Of a DNA stretch of 64,000 nucleotides, positions 1-9,473 are shown piece by piece (within the stretch, counting starts at the first letter, position 1; the number at the start of each line of letters is the position of its first letter). Position numbers and translations under genes: made by a program. The notes beneath the pieces are model-generated. The model was not told the origin of the DNA. It saw only the letters and a program-made list of their open reading frames with translations, and searched no databases. The stretch spans positions 2,496,001 to 2,560,000 of the forward strand of contig NZ_JAQNDL010000003.1 in the NCBI RefSeq assembly GCF_028368995.1, written 5' to 3'. The DNA is from Nannocystis bainbridge. GTDB taxonomy: Bacteria > Myxococcota_A > Polyangia > Nannocystales > Nannocystaceae.

Positions 1-99
1 GCGCTCGGCTACCGCCTGGTCGCCGCCCGCACCTGGACCGGCCCGGCCAACCTCGGCGGCCCGACAGGCACGATCACGCTCGAGTTCGGCTGGTTCTGA
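1..99 (+). CDS. 3' end of a CDS, probably an outer-membrane beta-barrel protein (partial)
   Basis: Frame 1 reads ALGYRLVAARTWTGPANLGGPTGTITLEFGWF-stop. Alternating hydrophobic residues and a terminal Phe resemble a beta-signal. Confidence 0.5.
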   Translation, partial: ALGYRLVAARTWTGPANLGGPTGTITLEFGWF

Positions 100-101
100 A
101 G

Positions 102-180
102 GCATGTCCTCGAGGACATTTCTTTAAAGAAATGTACTCGAGAACATTTCCCTACGAACATGTCCTCTCAGACTTGTCCA
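102..180. repeat. Phased 14-bp tandem repeat array (about 6 units)
   Basis: gcatgtcctcgagg/acatttctttaaag/aaatgtactcgaga/acatttccctacga/acatgtcctctcag/acttgtcca. Confidence 0.8.
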
Positions 181-386
181 CGGACGGGCGCTCCGTGGTG
201 AGCATCGATCTCTCGCCCGATCTACCCGCTGCACACACGTCAGTCTGCAGGAAAGGCGCGACCAGGCTCCGATCCCGGTCGACGCGGACCGCCGCGATCA
301 CCAGGCGGGTCGAGCTGCGGCCGCTCGCGCATGCACCACGTGGCCCGGAGCACGACCTCGCAGCGGCCGCTGCCTGGCCACTCGCC

Positions 387-2081
387 TCACGCCCCGGCCT
401 GGCTGGCGTAGAGCTCGCGGGCCTCGGCCCGCTGCAGCTCGCCGCCGATCGTGCGCGGCAGGGCGCCCACCGGCACCTGGACCAGCGCGGCGACGCGGAG
501 CCCGAGCGCTGCCTGGATCCGTCGGCGCAGCGTCGCGGCCATGGTGTTGAACACCGCCCGGTCGACCGCGCGGCCCTCTGCCACCACCACCAGCTCGTCG
601 CTGAGCTTGCCCGGCCGCGCCAGCGCGACCACCTGGCCCGCGCAGATCCCCGGCACCCGCGCTGCCTCGCGCTCGATCGGCTGCGGATCGTAGCTACAGC
701 CCTGGACCACGATCACGTCGATCGCCTCCGCTCCGGTTTGCTCGCCGCGGGCGAACGCCACCTCGCCTGCCCCGTCCTCGCCGCGGAAGCGCCACACGAT
801 CACCCCGCCCGCCGGCGCCAGCGTCGAGCCGGGCTCCGCGTGCGCCGGTGACAGCGGCGTGCGCCGCTCCCTGCCGATGCTCCACGGCCCGCTCGGCGCG
901 CGCACGACCGGCCTCGCGCTCCCGGACATGTCCTCTTCGCCATGTCTCATCGACCAGCCGATCGGCTGCGCCGGCGACACCGTGGGACGCGACATGTCCT
1001 TTACGCCAGGTCCGCGGCTCGCCGCCGTTGGCGTCGAAACGCCCGTCTCGCCGGGCCCGCGGCTCGTCGTCGTCGGCGCCGACATGTCCTTTACGCCATG
1101 TCCCATCGCACCGCCGCTCGAGGCCCCCGCGCTGGCCGTCTCGGCCGCGGTCGCCGACATGCTCGCCTCCACCGCCACCGTCGCCGCACGGACCTCCGCC
1201 TGCGCCGTGTCCTCCGCTCGGGGCTCCGTCCCCTCGCCCGTCGCCGCCAGCTTGCGAACCACCGGCACCTCGTCGTGGGCCAGCACGCGCACCCCTGGGA
1301 GTTGGGCCCGCTTGTCGGCCCGCAGGAGCGTCGGCCGCTCCGCGATCGTGATCGTCGCTCCGAGCTGATCGACGAGCCGCAGCCAGCGGCCCGCGTCGAG
1401 GCGATCCGGGCGGGCGATCACGAACGGCAAACGCGCTCGCAGCGGCGCCAGCACCCCGGAGACGAGGCCGCGATCGAGGCCCACCCACGACAGCAGCTTG
1501 TCGCTCGCCTGCGTCTCGCCGAGCGCCGCCTCGGCCGCTTCGGCCAGCGTCGCGTGGGTGTAGCTGGTCGCCTGTGCCGCTCCCGTGCGGTCCATCGTGC
1601 ACGCGACCAGCGCCAGATCGTCATCTTTAAAACTCGCCGGGTTGGCCAGGAACACCGGGCCCAGCGGGTGCTCGCCGAGATCGTCGACCGCCACCTCGCG
1701 CAGCTCTCCGAGCAGCGGCATCGACCCTCGCACGGACGGCCGGATCACCCGCTGCGCCTCGCTCGCGCGCATCACCTCCATCACACCGGCGCGCCACACC
1801 TCCGCCGTCTGGCCGTGCGGATCGGTGAGCACCACCGGCACCAGCCCTGCGCGCAGCGCCCCCAGCGTCGCGACGACCAGGTACTCCGGGTCGGGTGCAG
1901 CGATCGCCACTCGCTCGCCGCGTCGGACCCCGCGCGACACCAGCCGGGCCGCGAAGCCCTCGACCGCCACCACCAGCTCACCGTAGCTGCGGGTCCGCGT
2001 CGCCCCGTCGTCGCCGACGATCACGAGGCCGGGGAGAGCGCACCCGCGGAGAGCCACGAGCGAATGAACCAGAGTCGCCAC
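387..2081 (-). CDS. Degenerate fatty acyl-AMP ligase-like (AMP-binding) protein with a low-complexity insertion
   Basis: N-terminal SYGEL..V..FAARL...GVRRGERVAI and C-terminal DVIVVQG.SYDPQPIE / LPRTIGGELQR follow the FAAL pattern. The P-loop is degenerate (ACTMDRTG instead of YTSGSTG) and the centre is Ala/Thr/Pro-rich. Confidence 0.65.
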   Translation of the reverse strand: MATLVHSLVALRGCALPGLVIVGDDGATRTRSYGELVVAVEGFAARLVSRGVRRGERVAIAAPDPEYLVVATLGALRAGLVPVVLTDPHGQTAEVWRAGVMEVMRASEAQRVIRPSVRGSMPLLGELREVAVDDLGEHPLGPVFLANPASFKDDDLALVACTMDRTGAAQATSYTHATLAEAAEAALGETQASDKLLSWVGLDRGLVSGVLAPLRARLPFVIARPDRLDAGRWLRLVDQLGATITIAERPTLLRADKRAQLPGVRVLAHDEVPVVRKLAATGEGTEPRAEDTAQAEVRAATVAVEASMSATAAETASAGASSGGAMGHGVKDMSAPTTTSRGPGETGVSTPTAASRGPGVKDMSRPTVSPAQPIGWSMRHGEEDMSGSARPVVRAPSGPWSIGRERRTPLSPAHAEPGSTLAPAGGVIVWRFRGEDGAGEVAFARGEQTGAEAIDVIVVQGCSYDPQPIEREAARVPGICAGQVVALARPGKLSDELVVVAEGRAVDRAVFNTMAATLRRRIQAALGLRVAALVQVPVGALPRTIGGELQRAEARELYASQAGA

Positions 2082-2727
2082 GCTTCATTGTGCGACATGA
2101 CGGGCCGACTCGGATGATCGCCGCGCATACAACCATCACAATCGTCATGGAGCCGCGGCTCCTCGGTCCCCCGACGAAGAACTGCGCCCCCCGCCGATCC
2201 GGGTGATCGCCTCGAGGTCGCACTGCCGTGGACACAGGCGGCGGAACCGCCGCCCGACGACGACGACGACGACCTCGACGCCTCGACCCGCGCTGCCGTG
2301 GCTGCACCTGCACCTCTCGCCCGACGCCGATCACCGCGACGACCGGCTCGCCCGATCGCTGCGCCGGCGCCGCGAAATCAGCCGTGGGATCGGCACGATC
2401 GCTGAGCCTGCCCCCTATGGCGTCGTGTATGCCGCTCTGCGAGCCCGCGGCGTCGACCTCGTCGAAGGCCCTGATCAGCACTTGCAGGCGATGGAGTTCG
2501 ATCGGCTCGCGGCGCATCGGGTTCACACCGACCAGCCTAGACATCACCGATCTCGCTGAGGTTCGAGGCCGCGGCGACCTGCCTCGCGCAAGCATATCGA
2601 CTGGCGCCACCGCGTCGCCGGCCCGATCGCCGCGCCGCGCAGCCGGTTTCACTCCCGCCACCCGGCGATCGTGCGGACGCTCGCTGCTCTCCGACAACCC
2701 CGTCACCGGCACCTGCTGTCCGCCGAG

Positions 2728-2903
2728 ACATGCCCTTGAGGACATCCTCTTGAGAACCGCGGCGCCGGCGCATCCGGGCGAGAATCACTTTTGAAAGATC
2801 GCCTCCCTGGGGTCCGGGGTCGTCACTCCTTGCGACCGCAGGGTCCAGCGACCTCACACCTATCCCTTAACACATGTCTTCTTGAACATGTCTCATGGAA
2901 CAT
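2728..2903. repeat. 14-bp repeat family, two short arrays (2728-2755 and 2858-2903)
   Basis: acatgcccttgagg/acatcctcttgaga and acctatcccttaac/acatgtcttcttga/acatgtctcatgga/acat. Confidence 0.7.
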
Positions 2904-3714
2904 CGACGTCATCCAGGTAAAACTGCCCCGACTTCACCAGCACCGCTCGTCCCGTGATCAGCACCCGGTCGCCGGCCAGCTCGCACGTCAGCTCGCCGCT
3001 GCGGCGCGACACCTGGCGGGCCCGCAGCCGCTGCTTGCCCAGGCGGTCCGCCCACAGCGGCGTCAGCGTGCAGTGGGCCGAGCCCGTCACCGGGTCTTCG
3101 GGGATCCCCTGCGCCGGCGCGAAGCAGCGCGACACGAAGTCGACATCCGCGTCGGGCTCGCCGCCGGGCGCCGTGGCGATCACCGCGAACACATCGGGCA
3201 GGCGCAGCATCGCCGCGAAGTCGGGGCGCAGCGCCCGGACCTCCGCCGCGCTGGTGAACACCGCCACCAGGTCGCGCGCCACCAGCACCTCCGCGGGCCG
3301 GCGGCCGAGCGCCGCGAATAAACCTTCGGACATGTCCCCGGGGACAGCCGGACGCGACAGCAGGTCGAGCGTGAACGCCTCGCCGGTGCGGGTCACCGTG
3401 AGCGGGCCTGACATCGTCCAGAAGCGCAGCCGGTCCGGCGCGTCCGCGCGCACGTGCGAGTGGACGAACGCCGCGGCCAGGGTCGCATGACCACACAGAT
3501 CGACCTCGACCTCCGGGGTGAACCAGCGCAGGTCGAAGTCGTCCGTGCCGGGGCGCGGCGCGTAGAAGGCCGTCTCGGACAGCGCGTTCTCGGCCGCGAT
3601 CTGCTGCAGCAGCGCATCGGGCAGCCACGCCTGCAGGGGGCACACGGCGGCAGGGTTGCCGGCGAAGCGGCGGCTCGTGAACGCGTCGACGTGGAAGCAG
3701 GCGATCTCGGTCAC
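2893..3714 (-). CDS. PhzF family epimerase/isomerase
   Basis: Motifs VDAFT...GNPAAV, SETAF, LRWFTPEVEVDLCGHATLA, EDPVTGSAH. GTG start inferred. Confidence 0.92.
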   Translation of the reverse strand: MTEIACFHVDAFTSRRFAGNPAAVCPLQAWLPDALLQQIAAENALSETAFYAPRPGTDDFDLRWFTPEVEVDLCGHATLAAAFVHSHVRADAPDRLRFWTMSGPLTVTRTGEAFTLDLLSRPAVPGDMSEGLFAALGRRPAEVLVARDLVAVFTSAAEVRALRPDFAAMLRLPDVFAVIATAPGGEPDADVDFVSRCFAPAQGIPEDPVTGSAHCTLTPLWADRLGKQRLRARQVSRRSGELTCELAGDRVLITGRAVLVKSGQFYLDDVDVP

Positions 3715-3777
3715 GCGGGTCAATCTACCGGAGCGCTGACGGACCGTCATACTGAGGAAGTGGAATCCCGTTCGCCC

Positions 3778-4047
3778 ATGCGGATCGCCGTCGAGTCGCT
3801 CGCCGAGGCTCGCGCCGCCGCCGGCAGCGGCGACCTCGAGCGCGGCCTCGACCTCGTCGACGACGGCCTCGCGGCTCTCGGGCCGCACTACCAGCGCTCC
3901 GGGCTCATCGACGACTCGGGGCTCAAGCTGACCCTCGCCGCGGTGCGTCGGCGCCAGGGCGACGCCGCCGGCGCGTTCGCGGCGATGGAGCGCGTGCTCG
4001 AGGATCGCATCGCCACCTACGAGGGCCGCAGCGGGGACGTCTCCTGA
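3778..4047 (+). CDS. Small helical hypothetical protein
   Basis: MRIAVESLAEARAAA...; GC3-biased codons; fills the gap divergent from the PhzF gene. Confidence 0.5.
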   Translation: MRIAVESLAEARAAAGSGDLERGLDLVDDGLAALGPHYQRSGLIDDSGLKLTLAAVRRRQGDAAGAFAAMERVLEDRIATYEGRSGDVS

Positions 4048-4082
4048 TCGCCGCCTCGCGGCATCTGTGCTGTCATCGCCGC

Positions 4083-4412
4083 ATGTCCGCCGCGCCGCCG
4101 TCCCCGAAGCGCTCGCGCCTGTCCATCGCCTCGGCCACGCTCGCGACGATCCCGTTGCTCGCGTTCGGCATGCGGCTCGCGCTCGCCGAGCTCGCCGCCA
4201 TCTCCAGCTCGAGCATCACCGGCAACATCCTCTCGTCGACCTTCGAGCTCAGCCTGCTGTGCGTCCCGCTGGCCCTGCCCATCGGCCTGGCCGCGCTGTG
4301 GCGTCACGCCGGCGGCCCCTCGCGCCCGGGCATCGGCCTCGCGCTACTCGGCACGCTGCTGTCCGGCGCCGAGTTGGTGCTGCTGTTCATGATCGCCAAC
4401 GCCGAGTTCTGA
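4083..4412 (+). CDS. Small membrane protein (about 3 TM)
   Basis: 109 aa with three hydrophobic segments and typical codon bias. Confidence 0.65.
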   Translation: MSAAPPSPKRSRLSIASATLATIPLLAFGMRLALAELAAISSSSITGNILSSTFELSLLCVPLALPIGLAALWRHAGGPSRPGIGLALLGTLLSGAELVLLFMIANAEF

Positions 4413-4431
4413 GGCGACCTCGGCTCGCGCC

Positions 4432-4653
4432 TCACCGCGCCTCGAAGCAGTCGCGGCCCGACGCGCAGCTCTCGGGCACGCTGAGGCCCCCGTCGGGGCC
4501 CGTCACGAATTGCGTGCGCAGGCAGTGGTAGTGGCTCGACCGGCTGGTGCTGAACGCGTCGGGCGTCTCGCGCCCGTACACGTGCATCGCCTTGGTCCGC
4601 AGGTGGCGGCAAACGGGCTGGTCGGGGTCGAACACGCGCAGAAACGTCGGCAT
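4432..4653 (-). CDS. Small 4-Cys hypothetical protein at the end of the molybdoenzyme operon
   Basis: MPTFLRVFDPDQPVCRHLRTK...HCLRT...GPDG....PESC...RDCFEAR; starts 17 nt after the FAD subunit stop. Confidence 0.7.
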   Translation of the reverse strand: MPTFLRVFDPDQPVCRHLRTKAMHVYGRETPDAFSTSRSSHYHCLRTQFVTGPDGGLSVPESCASGRDCFEAR

Positions 4654-4670
4654 GGCGGGCTCGCTTTCTC

Positions 4671-5675
4671 TCACTCTGGCAGCGGCACCCCGGCGACCCG
4701 GTGCAGCACCTCGCGGAGCAGCCCCTGGGTCAGCGGGATCTTGTAGGCGTTGTCGCGCAGCGGCTTCGCCCCGGCCAGCGCCGCCTTCGCCGCCTCGGCG
4801 AACAGCGCCTCGCTCGCGGGCTTGCCCTCGAGCACGGCCTCGGCCTCGCGGCTGCGCCAGGGGATCGGCGCCACGTGGCCGAGGGCCACGCGCACGTCCT
4901 TCATCACACCTGACTCGAGGGACATCCTGACCGCCGCCTCCGCGAGCGGCCAGTCGTGCGACTGCTTCTCCTTGACCGCCGCGTAGCCCGAGCGCTGCCC
5001 GGGCGACGGCTTCGGCAGCAGCGCCCGCACCAGCACCTCGCCCGGCTGCAGCGCGTGCTCTCGCTTCGCGTCCTGCTTCGGCGTCACGAACAGCTCGGCC
5101 AGCGCCAGCGTCCGCGGCTCCGGCCCGCGGATCTCCACCTGCGCGTCGAGGGCCGTCAGCGCGCACGCCAGCGTCGAAGGGTGCACGATGAAGCTCGGAC
5201 CGCCGCCGAGGATCGCGTGGAATTTGTTCTCGCCGCCGACCGCCAGGCAGGCCGAGCCGCCCTTCTTCAGGCACACCAGGTCGGCGTGGCGGAAGTACCA
5301 GCAGCGCGGCCGCTGCAGCAGGTTGCCGCCGAGCGTCGCCGCGTTGCGGATCGTCGGCGTCGCCGCCGAGCCGGCCGCCTCGCGCAGCGCCACGTGGGCC
5401 TCGCCGAGGCCCTCGTGGGCCGCCAGCTGCGCCAGCGTCACCAGGGCGCCGATCTGCACGCCCTCGCCGTCGGGCCCGAGCGCGCGCATCACCTCGCGGT
5501 CCGCCTCGCCCAGCCAGCGCAGCTCGATCAGCCGGGCCGGCGCGTCGAGGCCCTCCTTCATGCGGTCGATCAGATCGATCCCCCCGGCCCGCAGCGCGCT
5601 GTCCTGCGGGCGCGCGCGCGCCAGGTCACCGGCGTCGACCAGGGTCTTGGGGCGGCTCAGCACGAACGGTTGCAT
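4671..5675 (-). CDS. Xanthine dehydrogenase family FAD-binding subunit (PaoB/YagS-like)
   Basis: AGGIDL, IGALVTL, IRNAATLGGNLLQRPRCWYFR...CLKKGG..C (4Fe-4S insert), VAPIPWR, NAYKI. Confidence 0.92.
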   Translation of the reverse strand: MQPFVLSRPKTLVDAGDLARARPQDSALRAGGIDLIDRMKEGLDAPARLIELRWLGEADREVMRALGPDGEGVQIGALVTLAQLAAHEGLGEAHVALREAAGSAATPTIRNAATLGGNLLQRPRCWYFRHADLVCLKKGGSACLAVGGENKFHAILGGGPSFIVHPSTLACALTALDAQVEIRGPEPRTLALAELFVTPKQDAKREHALQPGEVLVRALLPKPSPGQRSGYAAVKEKQSHDWPLAEAAVRMSLESGVMKDVRVALGHVAPIPWRSREAEAVLEGKPASEALFAEAAKAALAGAKPLRDNAYKIPLTQGLLREVLHRVAGVPLPE

Positions 5676-5732
5676 GGTCTTTCCATCATGGTTGAAAGGA
5701 CATGTCCCGAAGGTAACCTCGGAGGTCGGCCC

Positions 5733-8075
5733 TCAGCTGGCCCCGCGGGTCGGCACCGCGCCGAGCGCCGCGAGCACGCGGTCCGGGGTGAGCGGGAGGT
5801 CGCGGACGGCCACGCCGAGCGCGTCATGGACGGCGCAGGCGATCGCGGCCGCGGTCGGGATCGTCGACGGCTCGCCGATGCCGATCGCCCCGGTGTTGTT
5901 GGCGCCGGTGTCGACCGGCGTGAACACCACGTCGATCTCGCGCGGCACGTCGCGCACGCCGGCGATCTTGTAGCTCTCGAGGTTGGGGTTCAGCATCACC
6001 CCGCGCACGCGGTCCATGATCCGCTGCTCGGTCAGCGCGTAGCTGGTGCCGAGGATCACCCCGCCCTGCACCTGCGAGCGGGCCGTCAGCGGGTTCATCA
6101 CCTTGCCGCAGTCGTGGATCGCCAGCACCCGCTCGACCGCGACCACGCCGGTCCAGGTGTCGACGCGGACCTCGGCGAACTGGACCCCGGCGATCTGGTA
6201 GCTGCTGCCGCCCATGAACTTGACCGGGTAGGCGCCGTAGGTGTCGGGCCGCGTGCCGGTGGCGACGACCGCCTCGCCCTCGATCTTCTTGCACAGCTCG
6301 GCCCACGCGATCGCCTTGGTGCCGGCGCGGACCTGGCCTTCGGACCAGGTCAACTCCTCCGGCTTGCGCCCGAGCTGCTTGGCCGCCAGCGCCGTCAGCT
6401 GGGTCTTGACCGCCTCGGCCGCGGCGCGGACCGCCGGGGTCACGCTGGCCGTGGTGACGCTGCCGCCGCTGCCGACCGACGGCCCGAGCTCGCTGTCGCC
6501 GAGGCGCACGCGGACCGCCTCGACCGGGCGCTGCAGCACCTCGGCGACCACCTGCGCGACCACGGTGGTGATGCCGCCGCCGATGTCCTGCAGGCCGTTC
6601 TTGACCTCGACGCTGCCGTCGCGGGCCACGCTGACGGTGGCGACGACCGCCTTGCCGCGGCCGAAGTCGCCCCAGATCGACGCGGCCACGCCGAAGCCGC
6701 GGCGCACCCGGGTCTGCCTGGTGCGCAGCGCCGCCGCCTGCTTGCGCCCGGCGTCCCAGCCGAACTGCTTGCGCCCGAGCTCGAACTGATGCCGCCGCAC
6801 CGGGTGCTCGTCGTGCTGCAGGCGCAGGTCGAGCGGGTCGAGCTTCAGCTTGGCCGCCAGCTCGTCGAGCGCCAGCTCGAGCGCGAACGCCCCCTGCGGG
6901 TGCCCCGGCGCGCGCATGGCCGTGGCCGGCCCGCCGTGGGTGAACACGTCGTGGCTCTCGACCAGGATGTTGGGGCAGCGCGAGTAGATGCCGAACGCGT
7001 TGCGCCCGACCCCCGCGCCGGTGCCGATGCCCGCGGTCCCGTGGGCCTGGACGTGGATCGCCGTCAGCTTGCCGTCGGCGCCGGCCCCGAGCTTGACGCG
7101 CTGGCGCGAGTCGGGGCGGTTGCCGGTGCACAGGTGCTCCTCCTTGCGATCGAGCAGCAGCCGCACCGGCGCGCCGGCCTTGCGCGCGAGCTCGCCGGCG
7201 ATGAAGCCCATGCGCGAGCCCGGGGCCGAGGCGCCGAACTTGGCCCCGAAGCCGCCGCCGAGGAAATCGGTGTGCACGCGCACGTCGGCCGGCTTGAGCT
7301 CGAACACCTCGGCGAACTCGTCGCGCACGCTGAAGATGCCCTGCGTCGAGCACCACACCGTGGCCTGCTTGGGCCCGTCCCACTGCACGACGATGCTGTG
7401 GGTCTCGAGCGCCGAGTGCGTGTGCACCTGCGTGGTGTACGTCGCCTCGTGCGAGACCTTGGCCATGCGCAGGCCCTTGTGCGCGTCGCCCTTCTTCATC
7501 GACGGCGTGGTGCGGACGTTGCCGCGCTGGCCCGCGCTGCCGCCCGCGCCCGGCTCGTCGCCCTCGGTGCTGCGCTCCTGGACCTTGCCGCGGTGGACCT
7601 GCGGCGCGCCGTCCTGCATCGCCGCCGCGGTGTCGACCACGAACGGCTCCGGCTTGTACGTGACAGCGATCGCCCGCAGCGCCGCCTCGGCCTGCTCCGG
7701 CGTCTTCGCGGCCACGGCGGCGACGTCCTGACCGGCGAAGATCACCCGCTCGCCCGGCTTGACCAGAGCCAGCGCCGCGCTCACCCCGGGCTGCGCCCGC
7801 GCCGGCTCGACGTCGATCGCCTCGACCACCGCGCACGGGTGCGGGCTGCGCAGCACCGCCGCCCACAGCGCGTTGGTCGGCACGATGTCGTGGGTGTACT
7901 TGGCCGCGCCCGAGACCTTGAGCGGCGCCTCGACCCGCGGGTGCGGCTTGCCGATCACCTGCAGCTCGCTGCGTGCGTCCCACGGCTTCGGCTCGCCCGC
8001 CGGCAGCTGCACCTCGATGTCGCGCAGCTGGTCGGCGAACCCGACCCTGAGCGTTACCTTGCGATCGTCCGGCAC
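5733..8075 (-). CDS. Xanthine dehydrogenase family molybdopterin-binding subunit (PaoC/YagR-like)
   Basis: KVSGAAKY, GGGFGAK, AMRAPG, QDIGGG, GSGGS, IHDCG.VMNP, GIGEP. GTG start inferred. Confidence 0.93.
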   Translation of the reverse strand: MPDDRKVTLRVGFADQLRDIEVQLPAGEPKPWDARSELQVIGKPHPRVEAPLKVSGAAKYTHDIVPTNALWAAVLRSPHPCAVVEAIDVEPARAQPGVSAALALVKPGERVIFAGQDVAAVAAKTPEQAEAALRAIAVTYKPEPFVVDTAAAMQDGAPQVHRGKVQERSTEGDEPGAGGSAGQRGNVRTTPSMKKGDAHKGLRMAKVSHEATYTTQVHTHSALETHSIVVQWDGPKQATVWCSTQGIFSVRDEFAEVFELKPADVRVHTDFLGGGFGAKFGASAPGSRMGFIAGELARKAGAPVRLLLDRKEEHLCTGNRPDSRQRVKLGAGADGKLTAIHVQAHGTAGIGTGAGVGRNAFGIYSRCPNILVESHDVFTHGGPATAMRAPGHPQGAFALELALDELAAKLKLDPLDLRLQHDEHPVRRHQFELGRKQFGWDAGRKQAAALRTRQTRVRRGFGVAASIWGDFGRGKAVVATVSVARDGSVEVKNGLQDIGGGITTVVAQVVAEVLQRPVEAVRVRLGDSELGPSVGSGGSVTTASVTPAVRAAAEAVKTQLTALAAKQLGRKPEELTWSEGQVRAGTKAIAWAELCKKIEGEAVVATGTRPDTYGAYPVKFMGGSSYQIAGVQFAEVRVDTWTGVVAVERVLAIHDCGKVMNPLTARSQVQGGVILGTSYALTEQRIMDRVRGVMLNPNLESYKIAGVRDVPREIDVVFTPVDTGANNTGAIGIGEPSTIPTAAAIACAVHDALGVAVRDLPLTPDRVLAALGAVPTRGAS

Positions 8076-8077
8076 GG

Positions 8078-8710
8078 CTACGCGCTCCCTTTCGCGGCGT
8101 CGAGCACCGCCGCCACGACGTTGGGGTAGGTCCCGCAGCGGCACAGGTTGCCGGCGATCGCGGCCTCGACGTCCTCGCGCGCCAGCTGCTGCCCGCGCGA
8201 CCGCTCGAGCAGGCCCTGGCACGACATCAACATGCCCGAGGTGCAGAACCCGCACTGCAGCGCGTCATGGCGGATGAACGCCTGCTGCAGCACCGACAGC
8301 TTGCCGCCGCTCGCGAGGCCCTCGACCGTCGCCACGGTCGCGCCGGCGACGTCGTGCGCCAGCGTCATGCAGCTGTTGCGCGCGACCCCGTCGATCAGCA
8401 CGGTGCAGGCCCCGCAGGCCCCGCGGTCGCACACCACCTTGGTGCCGGTGAACCGCAGCTGCTCGCGCAGCGCCGCCAGCAAGGTGACGTGCGGCGCGAC
8501 CTCGAGGGTGCGCGCCTCGCCGTTGAGCGTGAAGCTGACCGGCGCGGGCCCCGGCCCGAACGCGGCCTCGCCGTGCCCCGGCCCGGCGGCGTCGCCGTGC
8601 TCCTCGGTGGTGGTGGGCGGCCGCTCGCCCGGCTTGCAGCCGGCGATCAGTCCCGCGGTGCCGATGCCGCGGAAGAGGCCGCGACGGGTAATGCCAGCCC
8701 GATCGGACAT
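8078..8710 (-). CDS. (2Fe-2S) subunit with Tat signal (PaoA/YagT-like)
   Basis: TRRGLF Tat motif followed by IAGC (possible lipobox), GTKVVCDRGACGACTV, LQCGFCTSG, GNLCRCGTY. Confidence 0.93.
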   Translation of the reverse strand: MSDRAGITRRGLFRGIGTAGLIAGCKPGERPPTTTEEHGDAAGPGHGEAAFGPGPAPVSFTLNGEARTLEVAPHVTLLAALREQLRFTGTKVVCDRGACGACTVLIDGVARNSCMTLAHDVAGATVATVEGLASGGKLSVLQQAFIRHDALQCGFCTSGMLMSCQGLLERSRGQQLAREDVEAAIAGNLCRCGTYPNVVAAVLDAAKGSA

Positions 8711-8760
8711 CAGGCCCACGGTACCACGCCGCCCGGGCCGCGTATACTCCCGCCTGCTGC

Positions 8761-9408
8761 ATGCAGAACGACCCCTCGCTGCAACCTCTGAAGCCGCTGC
8801 TCGATGCCCTGGCGTTCACCACCGAGTTCGGCCGTGAGCTCGGCGAGCTGGCGCCGACCGAGGCGCTGCGGGCCGGCCTGTCTCTCGGGACATCCACGCC
8901 GCTGCCGCCGGCCGACGACCGCGTCCGCGCCGCCGTGCGTGACCTGCTGCGCAAGGCCGGCTTCAAGCCGACCGGGCGCTCCAAACCAGCCTCGGAGTAC
9001 CTGCTCAAGGCGGCCGGCGACGGCTCGCTCGGCAGCATCAACGCCGCGGTCGACGCCTGCAACGTCGCCTCGCTCCACAGCGGCCTGCCGATCAGCGTCG
9101 TCGACCTCGACCGCGCGACCGCCCCGCTGGCGCTCGGCGTGCCGGCGCCGGGCACCAGCTACGTGTTCAACGCCAGCGGCCAGGTCATCGACATCGGCGG
9201 CCTGGTGTCGCTGCTCGACGCCGAGGGCCCGTGCGCCGGCCCGGTCAAGGACTCGCAGCGGACCAAGACCCACCCCGGCACCCGCCGCACCCTCTCGATC
9301 GTGTGGGGCACCACCCAGCTGCCCGGCCTCGCCGCCGCCACCGCCGCGTTCTACCGCGAGCTGCTGCACGGCCTCGGCGCGACCACCGAGACGGTCACGT
9401 TCGAGTAG
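8761..9408 (+). CDS. B3/B4 (PheT editing-like) domain protein
   Basis: GFKPTGRSKPASEYL, INAAVDACNVASL.SGLPISVVDLD. Confidence 0.85.
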   Translation: MQNDPSLQPLKPLLDALAFTTEFGRELGELAPTEALRAGLSLGTSTPLPPADDRVRAAVRDLLRKAGFKPTGRSKPASEYLLKAAGDGSLGSINAAVDACNVASLHSGLPISVVDLDRATAPLALGVPAPGTSYVFNASGQVIDIGGLVSLLDAEGPCAGPVKDSQRTKTHPGTRRTLSIVWGTTQLPGLAAATAAFYRELLHGLGATTETVTFE

Positions 9409-9417
9409 CCTCTCGGG

Positions 9418-9473
9418 ACATGTCCTGTAGAGCATGCCCTCACGGACATGCTCTTGAGAGCATGCCCCTCAGG
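9418..9473. repeat. 14-bp repeat array (4 units) between convergent genes
   Basis: acatgtcctgtaga/gcatgccctcacgg/acatgctcttgaga/gcatgccctcaggg. Confidence 0.85.

Noticed and set aside
2203-2745. Small CDS between the FAAL-like gene and the PhzF gene
   Set aside because: Overlapping ORFs on both strands have no recognisable motif, so I could not choose a strand or frame.
5698-5707. GGACATGTCC matches the eukaryotic p53 half-site
   Set aside because: Coincidental in a bacterial genome; it is the junction of the 14-bp repeat family.
4956-8129. 1057-aa + strand ORF and similar long antisense ORFs (27074-30019, 34590-37202, 37509-40361, 47964-50651)
   Set aside because: Shadow frames of real genes on the opposite strand, expected in high-GC DNA, with no motifs.
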